Position numbers and translations under genes: made by a program. From NCBI GenBank assembly GCA_951406725.2, contig OX597815.1:204476001-204540000 (forward strand): a DNA stretch of 64,000 nucleotides, read 5' to 3'. The stretch is from Octopus vulgaris (Eukaryota). The stretch's first letter is position 1. Each line of letters opens with the position of its first letter. This document shows, piece after piece, positions 42,855-57,771 of the stretch. The notes under the pieces were generated by a model. That model was not told the DNA's origin and searched no databases. It was given only the letters and a program-made list of their open reading frames with translations.

Positions 42855-43785
42855 TCCAAATAAGTCCAAATAAGTCGCACGACTCTACCGCAACGTATCA
42901 TCAGATGAAAGGATGAGCGTATACGAGCAGAAGACTATGAATAAATATGTTAGTAGAAAGCTCCGTGGTGATAGTAACATCGATCATCAAAGCAGTTTAT
43001 CATGGACCAATAGCTTGATTAATACCTCCTACTTTGAAGGGTATGAGTTTGCAATCCAGTTACAGGAAATACCAACCAAGTACCTGATGCACAAATGGGA
43101 AAGAGATACAGAAAAAGCCGTAAAATGTGACAACCGATGCAGACTTTGTGGAGTTTACACTGAAGATATCATCCACATCATAAGCAGTTGCCTGAAAATG
43201 TATTATCTACTGATGAGACATGACGTTGTAGCTAGGACACTCTATAATGAAATCCGTCGGAAGGATAATCCCGAGTACAAAGAAATAAAAACCCACAATA
43301 TGGTAGAAGCAATAGCTACTCATAATAAAAAGGAATACTGGTGGAATGTACCAGTGAAGACCTCAATAAAATGTAAGCACAACAGACCTGATATAATGAT
43401 TTGGGATAGAGAAGAGAAACTGTGCACAGTTGTGGAAATTAGCGGATGTTAACATAAAGCTGAAGATCAGTGAAAAAGAGAACACCTATGCTGAACTATT
43501 GCGAATTCTGCAGTTACTCTATCCAGATTACAAGTTCAGGTTTATACCTGTAATTATTGGGGCCCTGAGTTATGTATCAACTGCCTAAATACCAATATTG
43601 AGAAATTGGGCTTCTCAAAACAAGAAAGGAGAAAGCTAATTCGAAGACTATAGATCCAATCCATCACCGGAACTAAAAGTCTGTAAAACTTTCCAGAAGT
43701 TTATCATTTAAATATATATGAGCATGTTTAGATATGCAACTATATGCATGATAATACATATATAGAACATACAAATCTGCACATA
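42855..43785 (+). mobile_element. R4/Dong-like non-LTR element 3' end (CCHC knuckle and restriction-like endonuclease) ending in (TACA)n
   Basis: CRLCGVYTEDIIHIISSC, RHDVVA, HNRPDIMIWD...VVEIS. Confidence 0.85.
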
Positions 43786-43855
43786 CATACATACATACAT
43801 ACATACATACATACATACATACATACATACATACATACATACATACATACATACA

Positions 43856-44406
43856 TGGTGGCTGCCCCCTCGTTATCGAGTATGGTCATTGCACGAACCT
43901 TAATCAATGTTGTTATCGTGCAATGCCTGGGCAAGATGTTTTTTTAAAGTGAGGAAAGGCTGTGCACTGAGTCAATCCCACTCACTAAGCAACAGCAGCC
44001 ATAATCCGAAAAGAAGAACAAGTCAACATCATCGGTAACAACTGAGCCGCAGGTTTTATGTCGGAGTTATCCCAGTTACCTGAGTTACCTTCTCAAAGAA
44101 GGATGCCCTAACAAAGGCTAGGAGTCCTTCACTTCCAATGGTTTAACCGCGCGATCGGGGTATTCAGTCCGATTATTTCTATGTCTCCGCGCATGATACA
44201 TCCTTAAGACATTTATTGGATGGCCGTTGACTCTCAAGAGTTCCTCCGCCCTTTGACGTGTTTTGTTTTTCATCCCGCAGGGTGTCCAATAAACACTCTC
44301 CTCACCAAGCAAGCTTGGTGGGGTTGCCGGTTTAGTCGCCGACGACCCGACCATGAAACAGGTTGTACTGGGTTACATGTTACCAGTAGCACTCTAAAGT
44401 GACCTG
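43856..44406 (-). mobile_element. Third (TATG)n-flanked retroposon copy
   Basis: Reverse complement of 19915-20465. Confidence 0.8.
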
Positions 44407-45275
44407 ACATACATACATACATACATACATACATACATACATACATACATACATACATACATACACGTTATTATCATCATCATCATTGTTTATCTTCCCC
44501 TTTTCCATATTTGCAAGACTCGAGCGGAATTTGTCGCGGTAGACTACCTACATCCAGATGCCATTTTTCTTTCATTTTCGCGTAATGTCATTTCCATGTT
44601 AACATATACTGGTCCATATCATGTACAGCAGAGATCATCCTTCAGTGTCCATGTCAAATCTAATTCATCAAAACTCAGCATCAAGCAACAAGCCAACTGG
44701 GACATTTTCCAAAAAACTTATGTAAGCAAGAAAGCAGTACGTGGAGTATCTGTATGTGACCTACCTGTGTAACTAACTCAGATGTTAAAACAGTTTGAGC
44801 GATATTGTCGCTTCCTTTTGATTATATATTGTTATTTTGATGAATTTTAATTGTTTTATCCATGGAGGTAGTCAAATATCACACTTCTTCCCTTTCTGTT
44901 TAAAATGAAAAATTTGCGCTTTCTAGCTTCTTCTGTTAACGAGTGAGTAAGGGTTACTTCTGTGTCGTGGAAAATAGTTATGTTTGTGGATAGAACGTAA
45001 GCAACCCAATATAGTTTTCTCTAAGTTAGAATTTTCTCGATAACTTGAAGAGAGGCAGTACTCGTATCTCCCCACACCCAAGTAATATACAAAAACTGAG
45101 GGTTGATAACACCCTTAATTTACAAACGCGAGTCGCGAAAAACAGAGAAATACATGGAAATCGGTAATTACATAATACTGAAAACAGAGGCATCGCATGC
45201 CCTCAATTATACATCGTACCCCTCTAAATTTTTTGAGATTCTCTAAAACACTCACGGTATTCTTGCGGGTGACAA

Positions 45276-45508
45276 GGCGGAGAGCTGGTAGAAATGTTAG
45301 CAACGTCGGGCGAAATACTTAGCGGTATTTCGTCTGCCGTTACGTTGTGAGTTCAAATTCCGCCGAGGTCGACTTTGCCTTTCATCCTTTCGGGGTCGAT
45401 AAATTAAGTACCAGTTACGCACTGGGGTCGATATAATCGACTTAATACCTATGTCTGTCCTTGTTTGTCCCTTCTATGTTTAGCCCCTTGTGGGTAATAA
45501 AGAAATAT
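45276..45508 (+). mobile_element. SINE family A monomer
   Basis: 19-bp TSD gtattcttgcgggtgacaa at 45257-45275 and 45509-45527. Confidence 0.9.
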
Positions 45509-46538
45509 GTATTCTTGCGGGTGACAATGAAGCTGTGTCATTGTAACAGCCAAGTATCTTCCAAGCACAACTGGAAACTTCAGTGTGTAAGTTAACGGAG
45601 TAAAACAATCTGCTTCCTCAGCAGTTCGGCTTCTCTCAACATCTCAAAAAGCGCAAGATGAAAAAATGCGATTTATTGACTGTTTTACGGTATTCACTGA
45701 CGTATTTCGGTCAGATAGGGATGCGGTTATTCCGCCGTTGCATTAAGGTCGTGTGATGGAGTAAAAGAGTTGCTATGTTTATACATCCCACCTTACCTCT
45801 CTCTCTTTCGTTCCCTCTCTCTCCATCTTTGTCTATCTCTCCTTCTCTCTCTCTCTCTGTCTCTCTCTCTGTCTCACTCTTTCTCTCTCTCTCTCTCTCT
45901 CATTGTCTTCTTTCATACATAATATATCAATTACAAAAATTTATCACAAAAATTATCCTATGTAACTGCTTGCTAGATTTCAAGGTAATTGCTACAAAGG
46001 TAAAAAAGATATACTGTGCCTTTGTTATTATGTTTGCGTACGTCCCAATCGGTATATGTCTGGTTATGTCAAAGAAGCCTGACATTGCACAAAACAGCAA
46101 TAGTAACGTCAGAAATGACTTCCACTGATTTAGTTATAAAATTTTGATGTTTAGTTATGAACATTTAATGAAATTTTATGTCCGTTAATAATGTCTCTAA
46201 AAGTAATATCTATATTATGACGTCTTTGATATCTGCGTATATGTGAGAGAGTGTATATGTGTGTGAGTGTGTCGGCGTACGTGTGTATGTGTGTGCGCGT
46301 GTGAGCATACGTGTGCATGGGTGTATGCGTGTGTGTGTGTGTGCGCGCGTGTGTGTATGTATGTGTGTGTGTGTGTATGTTTATGTGCGCGCGCGCTCAC
46401 ATATGAGTGTGTTTCTAAGTGAATCAAAGCTCTAATTTTATTGGTCGGAAATTTCCAGTTTTGTTTGAGCATGCGCAATACACGAGATAGAAAGCAAACA
46501 GATATGAATTTCGTTGATATATGCAACACATTTTTAGT

Positions 46539-46622
<84 letters not shown>

Positions 46623-46659
46623 CAGTAGATAGATAGATACATATACACATACACATATA

Positions 46660-47491
46660 CATCTTTTATCTTTTAATTGTTTCGGTCATTAAATTGCAGC
46701 CATGCTGGGGCACCACATGGAAGAATATTTTTGTCGTAGGAAACGGCCCCAGAACTTTTTTTTTAAATCTGATACTTATTCTATCAATCGTTTATGCCGA
46801 ACTGCTAAGTTACAGGCGCGTAAACACGCCAACACCGATAGTCAAGCGGTGGAGAAACAAACACAGATACGATCACACACACACACACACACATACGACG
46901 GGCTTCTTTCAGTCTCCATCTATCAAATCCATTCACAAGACTTTGACTGGCCTGACCCCATAGTAGAAGACACTTGCTCAAGGTATCACGTAGTGGGTCT
47001 GAACCCGGAAACATGCGTGATTGGGAGGCAAGCTTCTTATTTCTTTACTGCCCACAAGGGGCTACACACAGAAGGGACAAAGAAGGACAGACAAACGGAT
47101 TAAGTCGATTATATCGACCCCAGTGCGTAACTGGTACTTATTTAATCGACCCCGAAAGGATGAAAGGCAAAGTCGACCTCGGCGGAATTTGAACTCAGAA
47201 CGTAGCAGCAGACGAAATACCTATTTCTTTACTACCCACAAGGGGCTAAACACAGAGAGGACAAACAAGGACAGACAAACGGATTAAGTCGATTACATCG
47301 ACCCCAGTGCATAACTGGTATTTAATTTATCGACCCCGAAAGGATGAAAGGCAAAGTCGACCTCGGCGGAATTTGAACTCAGAACGTAACGGCAGACGAA
47401 ATACCGCTAGGGCATTTCGCCCGGCGTGCCAACGATTCTGCCAGCTCGCCGCCTAAGCAAGCTTCTTACCACACAGCCACGACTGTGCCTA
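46660..47491 (-). mobile_element. SINE D interrupted by dimeric SINE A (47040-47456)
   Basis: TSD gcaagcttctta at 47028-47039 and 47457-47468 inside the SINE D head. Confidence 0.85.
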
Positions 47492-47772
47492 TATACACAC
47501 ATATTTTATACACACACACACACACACATACATACATGCATACGTACATACATACATACATACATACATACATACATACATACATACATACATACATACG
47601 TACATACATACACATTTACGATGAATTTACTGCATTTTTTTCCATTCAATATTGTTACGTATAAAATTTACGTCTCTGATTATTTAACCATAAGTCTTGA
47701 TTATGTAATTTGCATTATGTAACTAATGATCACTTTATGCTAATGAAACGTACCTAAGATGTTTAAGCTAGA

Positions 47773-48134
47773 TATTTTATACACAAGTTTGTCTGTGTGT
47801 GTTTCTGTGTGTCTGTTAGGTTGTACCCTCACCCTGACCACGGCTTTCAACCGATTCTGATGAAACTTGACACACACATAGCCCAATGTCATAATTCAAA
47901 ACTAACGCAGCGAAAATTTTGAAAAGTTCCCCCAGTTCTGAAAAAAATCGATAAATTCGACATGGGGTCGAGAATCAGAAACACAAACCACAGACTGTCT
48001 AGGGGACGCAACTCGACCTTTTTAACTAAAAAAATTTACCATCATTTCTTTTCCATTTTTTGGCTATAACTCTCTAAAAATACTTTATAGTTATTTCCCT
48101 TACAAACCCGAGCAACGCCGGGCGATACTGCTAG
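47773..48134 (+). mobile_element. Non-autonomous Helitron, subfamily 1
   Basis: 3' hairpin cccgagcaacgccggg then CTAG|T. Confidence 0.8.
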
Positions 48135-48951
48135 TATACAATAAATGAGGCTTTTCTGAAAGTGGTCTTTTGACAAACTTTGAATAAAAGCTAAATTTCT
48201 GAAAAATAAATCTCTCAAAAATGTTATATTAATCTACCCATTTTCCCCGCTTCCGGGAGAACAATACCCACCGTGCATACATTGATGCATCTTGAATCGC
48301 CGAAAAGGTGAAGGAGGCCTCAATGGTATCGTTCTGCATGCTAGAAATAATAGCCATAGCTCAGAAAAGAGATTTTTTCCCAGTATTTCTCTTTATCTAA
48401 TCCCTTACATCCAGCTTACGAAACAACGACACCCGCACCAATGATAAATGGAGTGCATCAGCACAGCTGTACCTGCTTCCCAAAATCTATACCAAAATAG
48501 TACATTCCTTTGATCTTTTTTAATGAGAAAGCGAAATCGTTTGCAGCCATATAAAATCTACTGTCTTCGATAGTATTGGAGAGTTTGAACTGTTTGAAAT
48601 CGCTTCTAAAAACTAGCGCAAAAACATTATTTAATCTTTTAGTTCAAAACAGTAATTTGATGTGAATTTATAAAATTAACGATTCATCATTTCTTTCAAT
48701 CATTGTGTTACTATGGATTTCTGTTGACCTGTAGTTTGCTCTTCCTCCCAACTGGAAACGTTTCCGGCTACTCAGCTCATTTCCTCTTTAATTATAATTC
48801 TATTTACATCCAGGATAAATTATAGCAAGGATTTTCATTGTAGGAAATACATCCAGCCTGGGTTTTACGAGGAATGAATTAAAAAGGAACGAATTAATCG
48901 CCATTTTCAAAAATTTTAATTATTTTGAAATGTTTCAGATTTATTTGTCCA

Positions 48952-49333
48952 TGGAAGCACTCCGTCGGTTACGACGACGAGGGTTCCGGTTGATCCGATC
49001 AACGGAATAGCCTGCTCGTGAAATTAACGTGTAAGTGGCTGAGCACTCCACAGACACGTGCACCCTTAACGTAGTTCTCGGGGATATTCAGCGTGACACA
49101 GAGAGTGACAAGGCCGGCCCTTTGAAATACAGGTACAACAGAAACAGGAAGTAAGAGTGAGAGAAAGTTGTGGTGAAAGAGTACAGCAGGGATCACCACC
49201 ATCCCCTGCCGGAGCATCGTGGGGCTTTAGGTGTTTTCGCTCAATAAACACTCACAAGGCCCGGTCTGGGAATCGAAACCGCGATCCTATGACCGCGAGT
49301 CCGCTGCTCTAACCACTGGGCCATTGCGCCTCC
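48952..49333 (-). mobile_element. SINE family B
   Basis: TSD tatttgtcca. Confidence 0.9.
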
Positions 49334-49987
49334 TATTTGTCCAACATCATATAAGCAAGGAAACTCGTGATGTGCTCAAACTGTTTCTCGGAAATGTAAA
49401 CGCAATCAGAACTACTTTTAACTCAAAACTTATCGACTTATATTTATTGCGCTTTATTAGCCTTTTTCCCTTTTGTCACGGGTTCCTCATTCTTTTTTAT
49501 AACTTACTTTTTGCCAATTCATAAGATATAATTTTTTACTATAGTTTAAACGTTTTTAAAAACAAATTCAATTTTTTATTTTACCTTTTACACTTTTAGA
49601 GTTTTGCCACAATAACTTTTTTTCTTTTAGCTGCAAAAATTGTTGCCTGTAAAAAGAGTGGACTTGCAGGAAAGATTCGGGCTCAGAAGTGATAATATCC
49701 TTAATTAATTGAACCTAGAAATGAACAGGGCAAGAAGAAATGAAAGCTCTAAAAAATTATTGCTGGAATGTGAAGTGAACTTTTTTTAATACGCTGTTTT
49801 TAGATTCATTCACATGTAAAAGTTGACGTTTATATTCTAACTTCTCGTGAGAATAAAATGTCTTCTCGTGTTTTTCCAACGATAGCTGAGGTGGCGTTTA
49901 GGCATGCAGAAATATGAGCTCATCTGAGAGAGGACAGTCACTAGGACTTGGTTAGTAACAATCAAATAGGCAGTAGACTCTTGTCAT

Positions 49988-50376
49988 GTGGAGGCGCAAT
50001 GGCCCAGTGGTTAGGGCAGCGGACTTGCGGTCATAGGATCGCGGTTTCGATTCCCAGACCGGGCGTTGTGAGTGTTTATTGAGCGAAAACACCTAAAGCT
50101 CCACGATGCTCCGGCAGGGGATGGTGGTGATCCCTGCTGTACTCTTTCACCACAACTTTCTCTCACTCTTACTTCCTGTTTCTGTTGTACCTGTATTTCA
50201 AAGGGCCGGCCTTGTCACTCTCTGTGTCACGCTGAATATCCCCGAGAACTACGTTAAGGGTACACGTGTCTGTGGAGTGCTCAGCCACTTACACGTTAAT
50301 TTCAAGAGCAGGCTGTTCCGTTGGTTCGGATCAACCGGAACTCTCATCGTCGTAACCGACGGAGTGCTTCCATTCC
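49988..50376 (+). mobile_element. SINE family B
   Basis: 13-bp TSD agactcttgtcat at 49975-49987 and 50377-50389. Confidence 0.9.
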
Positions 50377-51025
50377 AGACTCTTGTCATAATAGAAAAAG
50401 AAACTAGAGATAAATGGTGTTGTGGCATTAGCAAGGTCTACTTTTCCACAGCAAAAAATGAAAACGCATTCTCATTAGAACCATCTATGCTGATGAAGCT
50501 TTGAATATCCAGCACTGGGCTCTTGATAACAAGAGGCTCCAAACCCATCTCTCATAACTTCTGAAAATGTTGACCAACAAATGTTCTTTACCACAACTGC
50601 GCAACATTTATCTTCCCAATTGGGTATCAACTCTATTACACATGCACACAACATGCTATGGAGAGAGAAAAAAATAGCTCTTTAAAATGTGACCACCTTA
50701 CCAACATACTGCTCAAGTGCAAACTACTCTTCTCCTTTTTAATCTTTTCCCTATTTTTCACACATCGAAACCTACATAAAAAGACATTTTATTTAAATTC
50801 AAATTCCAACTTCGGCTGTTCTTCACTTGTTCTTCTCCAGGTTCAATTAATTTTGAATATCATCGCTCCTACGCTCACATTTTCTTGCTAGTACACACAC
50901 ACACATACATACATACATACACAAACACAAACACACACACACATACACATACACACACGCACATATATATATATACATATATACATATATGTGTGTACAT
51001 GCATTTATGAATATGCATATATATG

Positions 51026-51204
51026 TATTTCTTTACTACCCACAAGGGGCTAAACACAGAGGGGACAAACAAGGACAGACAAAGGGATTAAGTCAAAGGG
51101 CAAAGTCGACCTCGGCGGAATTTGAACTCGGAACGTAACGACAGACGAGATACGGCTACGCATTTCGCCCGGCGTGCTAACGTTTCTGCCAGCTCGCCGC
51201 CTTA
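51026..51204 (-). mobile_element. SINE family A, internally deleted
   Basis: Head and tail present, central segment missing. Confidence 0.75.
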
Positions 51205-51246
51205 ATTATATATATGCATATATATGTGTATGTGTCTTATATATAT

Positions 51247-51284
<38 letters not shown>

Positions 51285-51345
51285 TCACAACTGCATATGA
51301 CTTGATATCATGCGCCACACCTTTGCTAATTGGTTTGGATGTCTA

Positions 51346-51403
<58 letters not shown>

Positions 51404-51561
51404 ATAGAGGTGACTTTCAACATGTAAAAGAACCCAGTTCATAGATGAATTACAAGTGGTTTTTATACGGTACACAGAATGCAGAAACTGTTACTTAAGT
51501 TCCGTATAGATTCATATCGCCTTTTTTCCAAAAAAGAATGCAATTTATTTGTTACATAAAC

Positions 51562-51960
51562 ATAGGCGCAGGAGTGGCTGTGTGGTAAGTAGCTTGCTAA
51601 CCAGCCACATGGATCCGGGTTCAGTCCCACTGCGTGGCATCTTGGGCAAGTGTCTTCTGCTATAGCCCCGGGCTGACCAATGCCTTGTGAGTGGATTTTG
51701 TAGACAGAAACTGAAAGAAGCCTGTCGTATATATGTATATATATATAAGTGTGTGTTTGTGTGTCTGTGTTTGTCCCCCTAGCATTGCTTGACAACCGAT
51801 GCTGGTGTGTTTACGTCCCCGTCACTTAGCGGTTCGGCAAAAGAGACCGATTGAATAAGTACTGGGCTTACAAAGAATAAGTCCCGGGGTCGATTTGCTC
51901 GACTAAAGGCGGTGCTCCAGCATGGCCGCAGTCAAATGATTGAAACAAGTAAAAGAGTAA
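51562..51960 (+). mobile_element. SINE family D
   Basis: Full body. Confidence 0.85.
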
Positions 51961-52155
51961 CGTGAACACAGATTCAATCATCTAAACAATAAGCTTAGAA
52001 AGATAACAGATCATCAACAATGAGCTAACAGTAAGACAGGTTTACACTGGTTCAGAGATATAAGAAATAAGGATACTGTGGACTTCTACCCACTCTACTT
52101 CAATATCTAGACACTGCTGGTTAGAAAGTGGTGTACACATATATATATATACACT

Positions 52156-52710
<555 letters not shown>

Positions 52711-52912
52711 TATATATATATACACTTATATATATATATGTATATTAATGTTGTTTTATATCGAGTTATAATAAAAACAATTTTACATTAAGCCGAAAGA
52801 AAACTTATTACTTTTTGTAGAGTACATACTTATACTTTAAAAAGCAGAGTGGTGACAGTGACTTCGAAGTCACTGGCACCACTACAATACACACATGCAC
52901 ATACATACATAC

Positions 52913-53000
<88 letters not shown>

Positions 53001-53009
53001 ATATGTATG

Positions 53010-53053
<44 letters not shown>

Positions 53054-53093
53054 TGCCGTTCATGCATCTATGTATATATGGAGAGAGAGACTC

Positions 53094-53149
<56 letters not shown>

Positions 53150-53354
53150 CAACAGATGGGATTGAGAGAATCTCAATTTAGAAAACACTTAGTAGCGCTC
53201 AAAATATTAGAACTTATACTCCGATATTTTCAGGAGTACACTCAGGACCAAGTCAGCAAGGTGAAGAGCGGCTATAAAGGGAATCCAAGAGAGCAGATAT
53301 GGAGAAAATAATACAAATAAACGGATTATAATGTACGGATTTTAATGTACGAAA

Positions 53355-53749
53355 TCTTTATATATAAAAGAGAGGTTGTGTGTCTGTCTCCTACGATTTA
53401 GATTCCTAACTACTCCCACATTTTGCGGTGCAGTTTAACCAAAACCGGGTATCTTATAGTCGTGATTCATATCGAGCCCTTCTGGGTATTAGCGCGCGTC
53501 TACGATGAGTCTACGATTTAAAAAAAAATTTACCATCATTTTTTTCCATTTTAATGCATTTTTTCGCTATTATATAAGGGAAGTAACTCTCTAAAAATGT
53601 CTACGATAAGTCAACGATTTAAAAAAAATTTACCATCATTTTTTTCCATTTTTAATGCATTTTTTGCTATTTTTTTAATATAACTCTCTAAAAATGCTTA
53701 TATAGTTATTTCCCTTACAAACCCGAGCAACGCCGGGCGATACTGCTAG
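53355..53749 (+). mobile_element. Non-autonomous Helitron, subfamily 2
   Basis: A|TC start, hairpin, CTAG|T end, no TSD. Confidence 0.88.
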
Positions 53750-53964
53750 TATAGTATATATGTAAAAAGAGAAGGCAGACTCAAAATTTTCAGAAGGTAA
53801 CCAATCAAGTATAAATATATTCTATTTTTCTTTTATTCTTTTATTTGTTTCAGTCATTTCACTGCGGTCATGCTGGGGCACCAACTTTAGTCGAACAAAT
53901 CGATCCCAGGATTTATTTTTTGTAAGCCTATTTTTTGTAAGACTAAAAGAGTGAAGAACAGTCA

Positions 53965-54160
53965 ATAGAATTTTATTGGGCAGGGATGTATGTTCTCATT
54001 CGAAGGTGAAACATAGCTATTGAGAGAAACAGTGACTATGTTGAGAAGTAGGGATGTGATCCACAGAGGACCAGCTTTATTTTGATGCAGGATACATGTT
54101 CCTGTGTTGGTAATTATACCTGTCCTAAACAAAATGGAATTACTGTTTGACTCACCCTCG
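53965..54160 (+). mobile_element. Mariner 3' end fragment
   Basis: FYWAGMYVLIRR*NIAIERNSDYVEK* then TIR-like ...gactcaccctcg|TA. Confidence 0.6.
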
Positions 54161-54182
54161 TACCAATGGTGAGAAATTAGAC

Positions 54183-54399
54183 ATCTCAAAACCAGAAAGT
54201 AGAAAGCTAATTTGAAGATTACAGATCCAATCCATCACTGGAGCTGCAAAAGTCTGTAAAACTTTCCAGAAGTTTATCATTTAAAATATGCATGAGGATG
54301 TCTAGATATGCAACTATATGCATGAGAATACATACATAAAACATACAAATTTGCAAATACATACATACAACATACAAATCTGCACATACATACATACAC

Positions 54400-54400
<1 letters not shown>
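54183..54400 (+). mobile_element. Short 3' fragment of the R4/Dong-like family
   Basis: Matches 43612-43790, ends in (TACA)n. Confidence 0.75.
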
Positions 54401-54456
<56 letters not shown>

Positions 54457-54457
<1 letters not shown>

Positions 54458-54839
54458 TAGCAGTATCGCCCGGCGTTGCTCAGGTTTGTAAGGGAAATAA
54501 CTATAAAGCATTTTTAGAGAGTTATAGCCAAAAAATAGCAAAAAAATGGAAAAAAATGATGGTAAATTTTTTTTTGAGATTTAAAAAAGGTAGAGTTGCG
54601 TCCCCTAGACAGTTTGTGGTTCGTATTCCTGATTCTCGACCCCATGTCGAATTTATCGATTTTTTTCAGAACTGGGGGAACTTTTCAAAATTTTCGCTGC
54701 GTTAGTTTTGAATTATGACATTGGGCTATGTGTGTGTCAAGTTTCATCAGAATCGGTTGAAAGCCGTGGTCAGGGTGAGGGTACAAGCAAACAGACACAC
54801 AGAAACACGCACAGACAAACTGCCGTTTATATATAGAGA
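54457..54839 (-). mobile_element. Non-autonomous Helitron, subfamily 1
   Basis: TC...hairpin...CTAG on minus strand; matches 47773-48134. Confidence 0.88.
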
Positions 54840-54861
54840 TATATATATATATATATATATG

Positions 54862-55238
54862 TCTCTTTTACTCTCTTTTACTTGTTTCAGTCATTTGACT
54901 GCGGCCATGTTGGAGCACGGCCTTTTAGTCGAGCAAATCGACCCCGGGACTTATTCTTTCTAAGCCCAGTACTTATTCTATCGGTCTCTTTTGCCGAACC
55001 GGTAAGTGACGGGGACGTAAACACGCCAGGGGGACAAACACAGACGCACAAACATACATATATATACATATATACGACAGGCTTCTTTCAGTTTCCGTCT
55101 ACCAAATCCACTCACAAGGCATTGGTCGGCCAGGGGCTATAGCAGAAGACACTTGCCCAAGATGCCACGCAGTGGGACTGAACCCGGGACCATGTGGTTG
55201 GTTAGCAAGCTACTTACCACACAGCCACTCCTGTGCCT
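54862..55238 (-). mobile_element. SINE family D
   Basis: Family body. Confidence 0.85.
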
Positions 55239-55271
55239 GTATGTATGCATGTATGTATGTGTATGTATTTA

Positions 55272-55364
<93 letters not shown>

Positions 55365-55547
55365 AATATGTTACATTACTCGATAGTCAAGATAAAAGAT
55401 AAAACTCTGAGTTTGAGATGCCGAAGTGGGAATCCACGACATCTCTTCGGTTATCTGTATAGATAAATTTCCTCTATTTATATAATATTGAGGTCTCTTT
55501 CTTTCTTTTGTTATCTTACCGTTTTACCAATATATATATATATATAT

Positions 55548-57350
55548 ATAAGCGAGAAAGAAGCAACAAGAATGGATAGGTTTTTAGTACAATCGTTTCA
55601 TACAAGGACAGGCTTTATTAAAAGTTGCAAAAATTACACCATATAAACGTGTCCCGTACTCATCAGCTAAAATACATGTGAGTTCTCTAGACATCCTAGT
55701 GGTTGAGGCTATACTCATGAAGTAATGTAGATAATTAAGTAACATAAACAGATTTCCAAAGTTCATTAAAGTTCTTTAAAGATGATGTACAGTCTTATCA
55801 CAGAATTTTTAAAGCCTTAATTGAGGCTTTATTTAATTTCAAACTCATAATTTTAAATCTTAATTTTAAATCTTAATTGTAATTTTTAATTTTAATTCTT
55901 AACTTAATCTAATTTAAGTAGCATAACTTTAATAAAATAAAATGAGTTACTAAAGCCCCATAATTCTATTTCAAAATTAAATAAATAAGGCTACTCCCTC
56001 GGTGATAATATGATTATCTTCATTATGATAGACAATTCCCTAACACCTTGTAAATGATCTTCTAAGATTTGACCTGTAGTCCGTCAATGTATGAATAATA
56101 ACGGCAACTCCTTAAGACAATAAAATGAATAAATTAAATAAATAAATTTGAATGACTTTTTGATAAGATTATACTTAGATTTTCCTAATGTATTTTCTTT
56201 TGATTTTAGCCTCTGACCCCTAAACCCCTGACCGTGTTATCTCTTTAGATTCTCTTTAAATTCATAGCTGATTTCAACAGCAATAAATTAGCTGTTTTAC
56301 TGGTCAAAGAATAATATTCTCCTCTAGTTCCTAGATGCCTGTAAATTAAAACCAGACTTGCCGTCTACTAATTCTTCTGTATAACTAGAACCCTCTTTTT
56401 TTCTTTTTCTTTTTTTTCCCTTCTTTCCCTATTTCTTTCTCTTTTCTCTTTTTTCTTTTTCTTCTTCTTATTCTCTTTTTCCTTTTCTCTTCTCTTTTAG
56501 TCCCCCTCCCCCCTTTTTGCTCCCTCCTCCTTTATTTTCTCTCTTTTCTTCTCTTCCCTTCCCTTTTCTGTTCTTTGCCTCTCTAGAAAGCCCTTCAGCC
56601 TTTAAAAGTTAAATAGCTACAGCCTCTTGTAAATAGCAGTAATGTGATTAATGTGGCAAATACCTAATCATATAACAAGAATTGATACCTACCTCATTGT
56701 GTTCAACCATTGATAAATTTATCGCCTGTGAATATGAAATTCCTCTTCATTTCTCTGGAAATTTACATCTACACCATTGGAAATTGTGCATCTATACAAA
56801 GGATTAATTCACCCTCTCTGTAATGCTAATAAGCAGGAATTGAGACCCACCTCGTTGTGATTAACAATGGATAAATTTGTCGTCTGTGAGTATGTAATCC
56901 CTCCTCATATGTCTGGAAATTCATATGTGCACTATGGATTAGGTCACCTTCTCTGTGATGCTATTAAAACTTTTTTAAAATTCTGTGATAAGACTGTACA
57001 TCATCTTTAAAGAACTTTAATGAACTTTGGAAATCTGTTTATGTTACTTAATTATCTACATTACTTCATGAGTATAGCCTCAACCACTAGGATGTCTAGA
57101 GAACTCACATGTATTTTAGCTGATGAGTACAGGACACGTTTATATGCTGTAATTTTTGCAACTTTTAATAAAGCCTGTCCTTGTATGAAACGATTGTACT
57201 AAAAACCTATCCATTCTTGTTGCTTCGTTCTCGCTTATAATCACCCCACATTACTGTATTGTTAAAACAGTATAGTTTTCTTTGGTGCATCTAAGTTAGG
57301 TACCATATTCAAGTAAAGTCATTTAAATTAACTTGAATCTTTATTGCTTT
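55548..57350 (+). mobile_element. 1.8-kb non-coding element with ~265-bp inverted pLTR-like arms, each with a hammerhead, in (TA)n
   Basis: 55548-55814 is the reverse complement of approx 56972-57238. Confidence 0.8.
57114..57204 (+). ncRNA. Type I hammerhead ribozyme motif with canonical core (mirror copy 55582-55672, minus)
   Basis: ttttag-CTGATGA-gtacaggaca...tgtccttgtat-GAAA-c(gatt)g-TA-ctaaaa. Confidence 0.75.
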
Positions 57351-57771
57351 TTATATATATATATATATACATACATAAATACATATATATATATATATGT
57401 ACACAAACATACATACATACGCATATATATATATACACACAAACATACATACATGCAAGCACACATACATACATACATACATTCCACTTTTGAATTCAAT
57501 ATAATTAGTTGGACCACTTCAGAATTTTTGAGATTGGTACCCTAGTAAGTGAACACTTATCGCTTCATCTCATCCAAGTGTGCACTTAAATGTTTTATTT
57601 CCTATATAAATGATTATTGTACCACAAGATTGAATCTATACCGGATTCGCTAAGTTACGCTCTCTAGTTTTGCAACGTCTTTATTTGGTGGTGGCTGAAT
57701 GCAATAGTCATATGTATCTGAGGTTATTAGTTTGCGTAACAGCTAGATGTATTTAATAGCTTTATTTGCAA

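Noticed and set aside
55584-57202. Duplicated 60-aa ORF MNFGNLFMLLNY... on opposite strands
   Set aside because: By-product of the inverted arms; overlaps the hammerhead motif, no protein features
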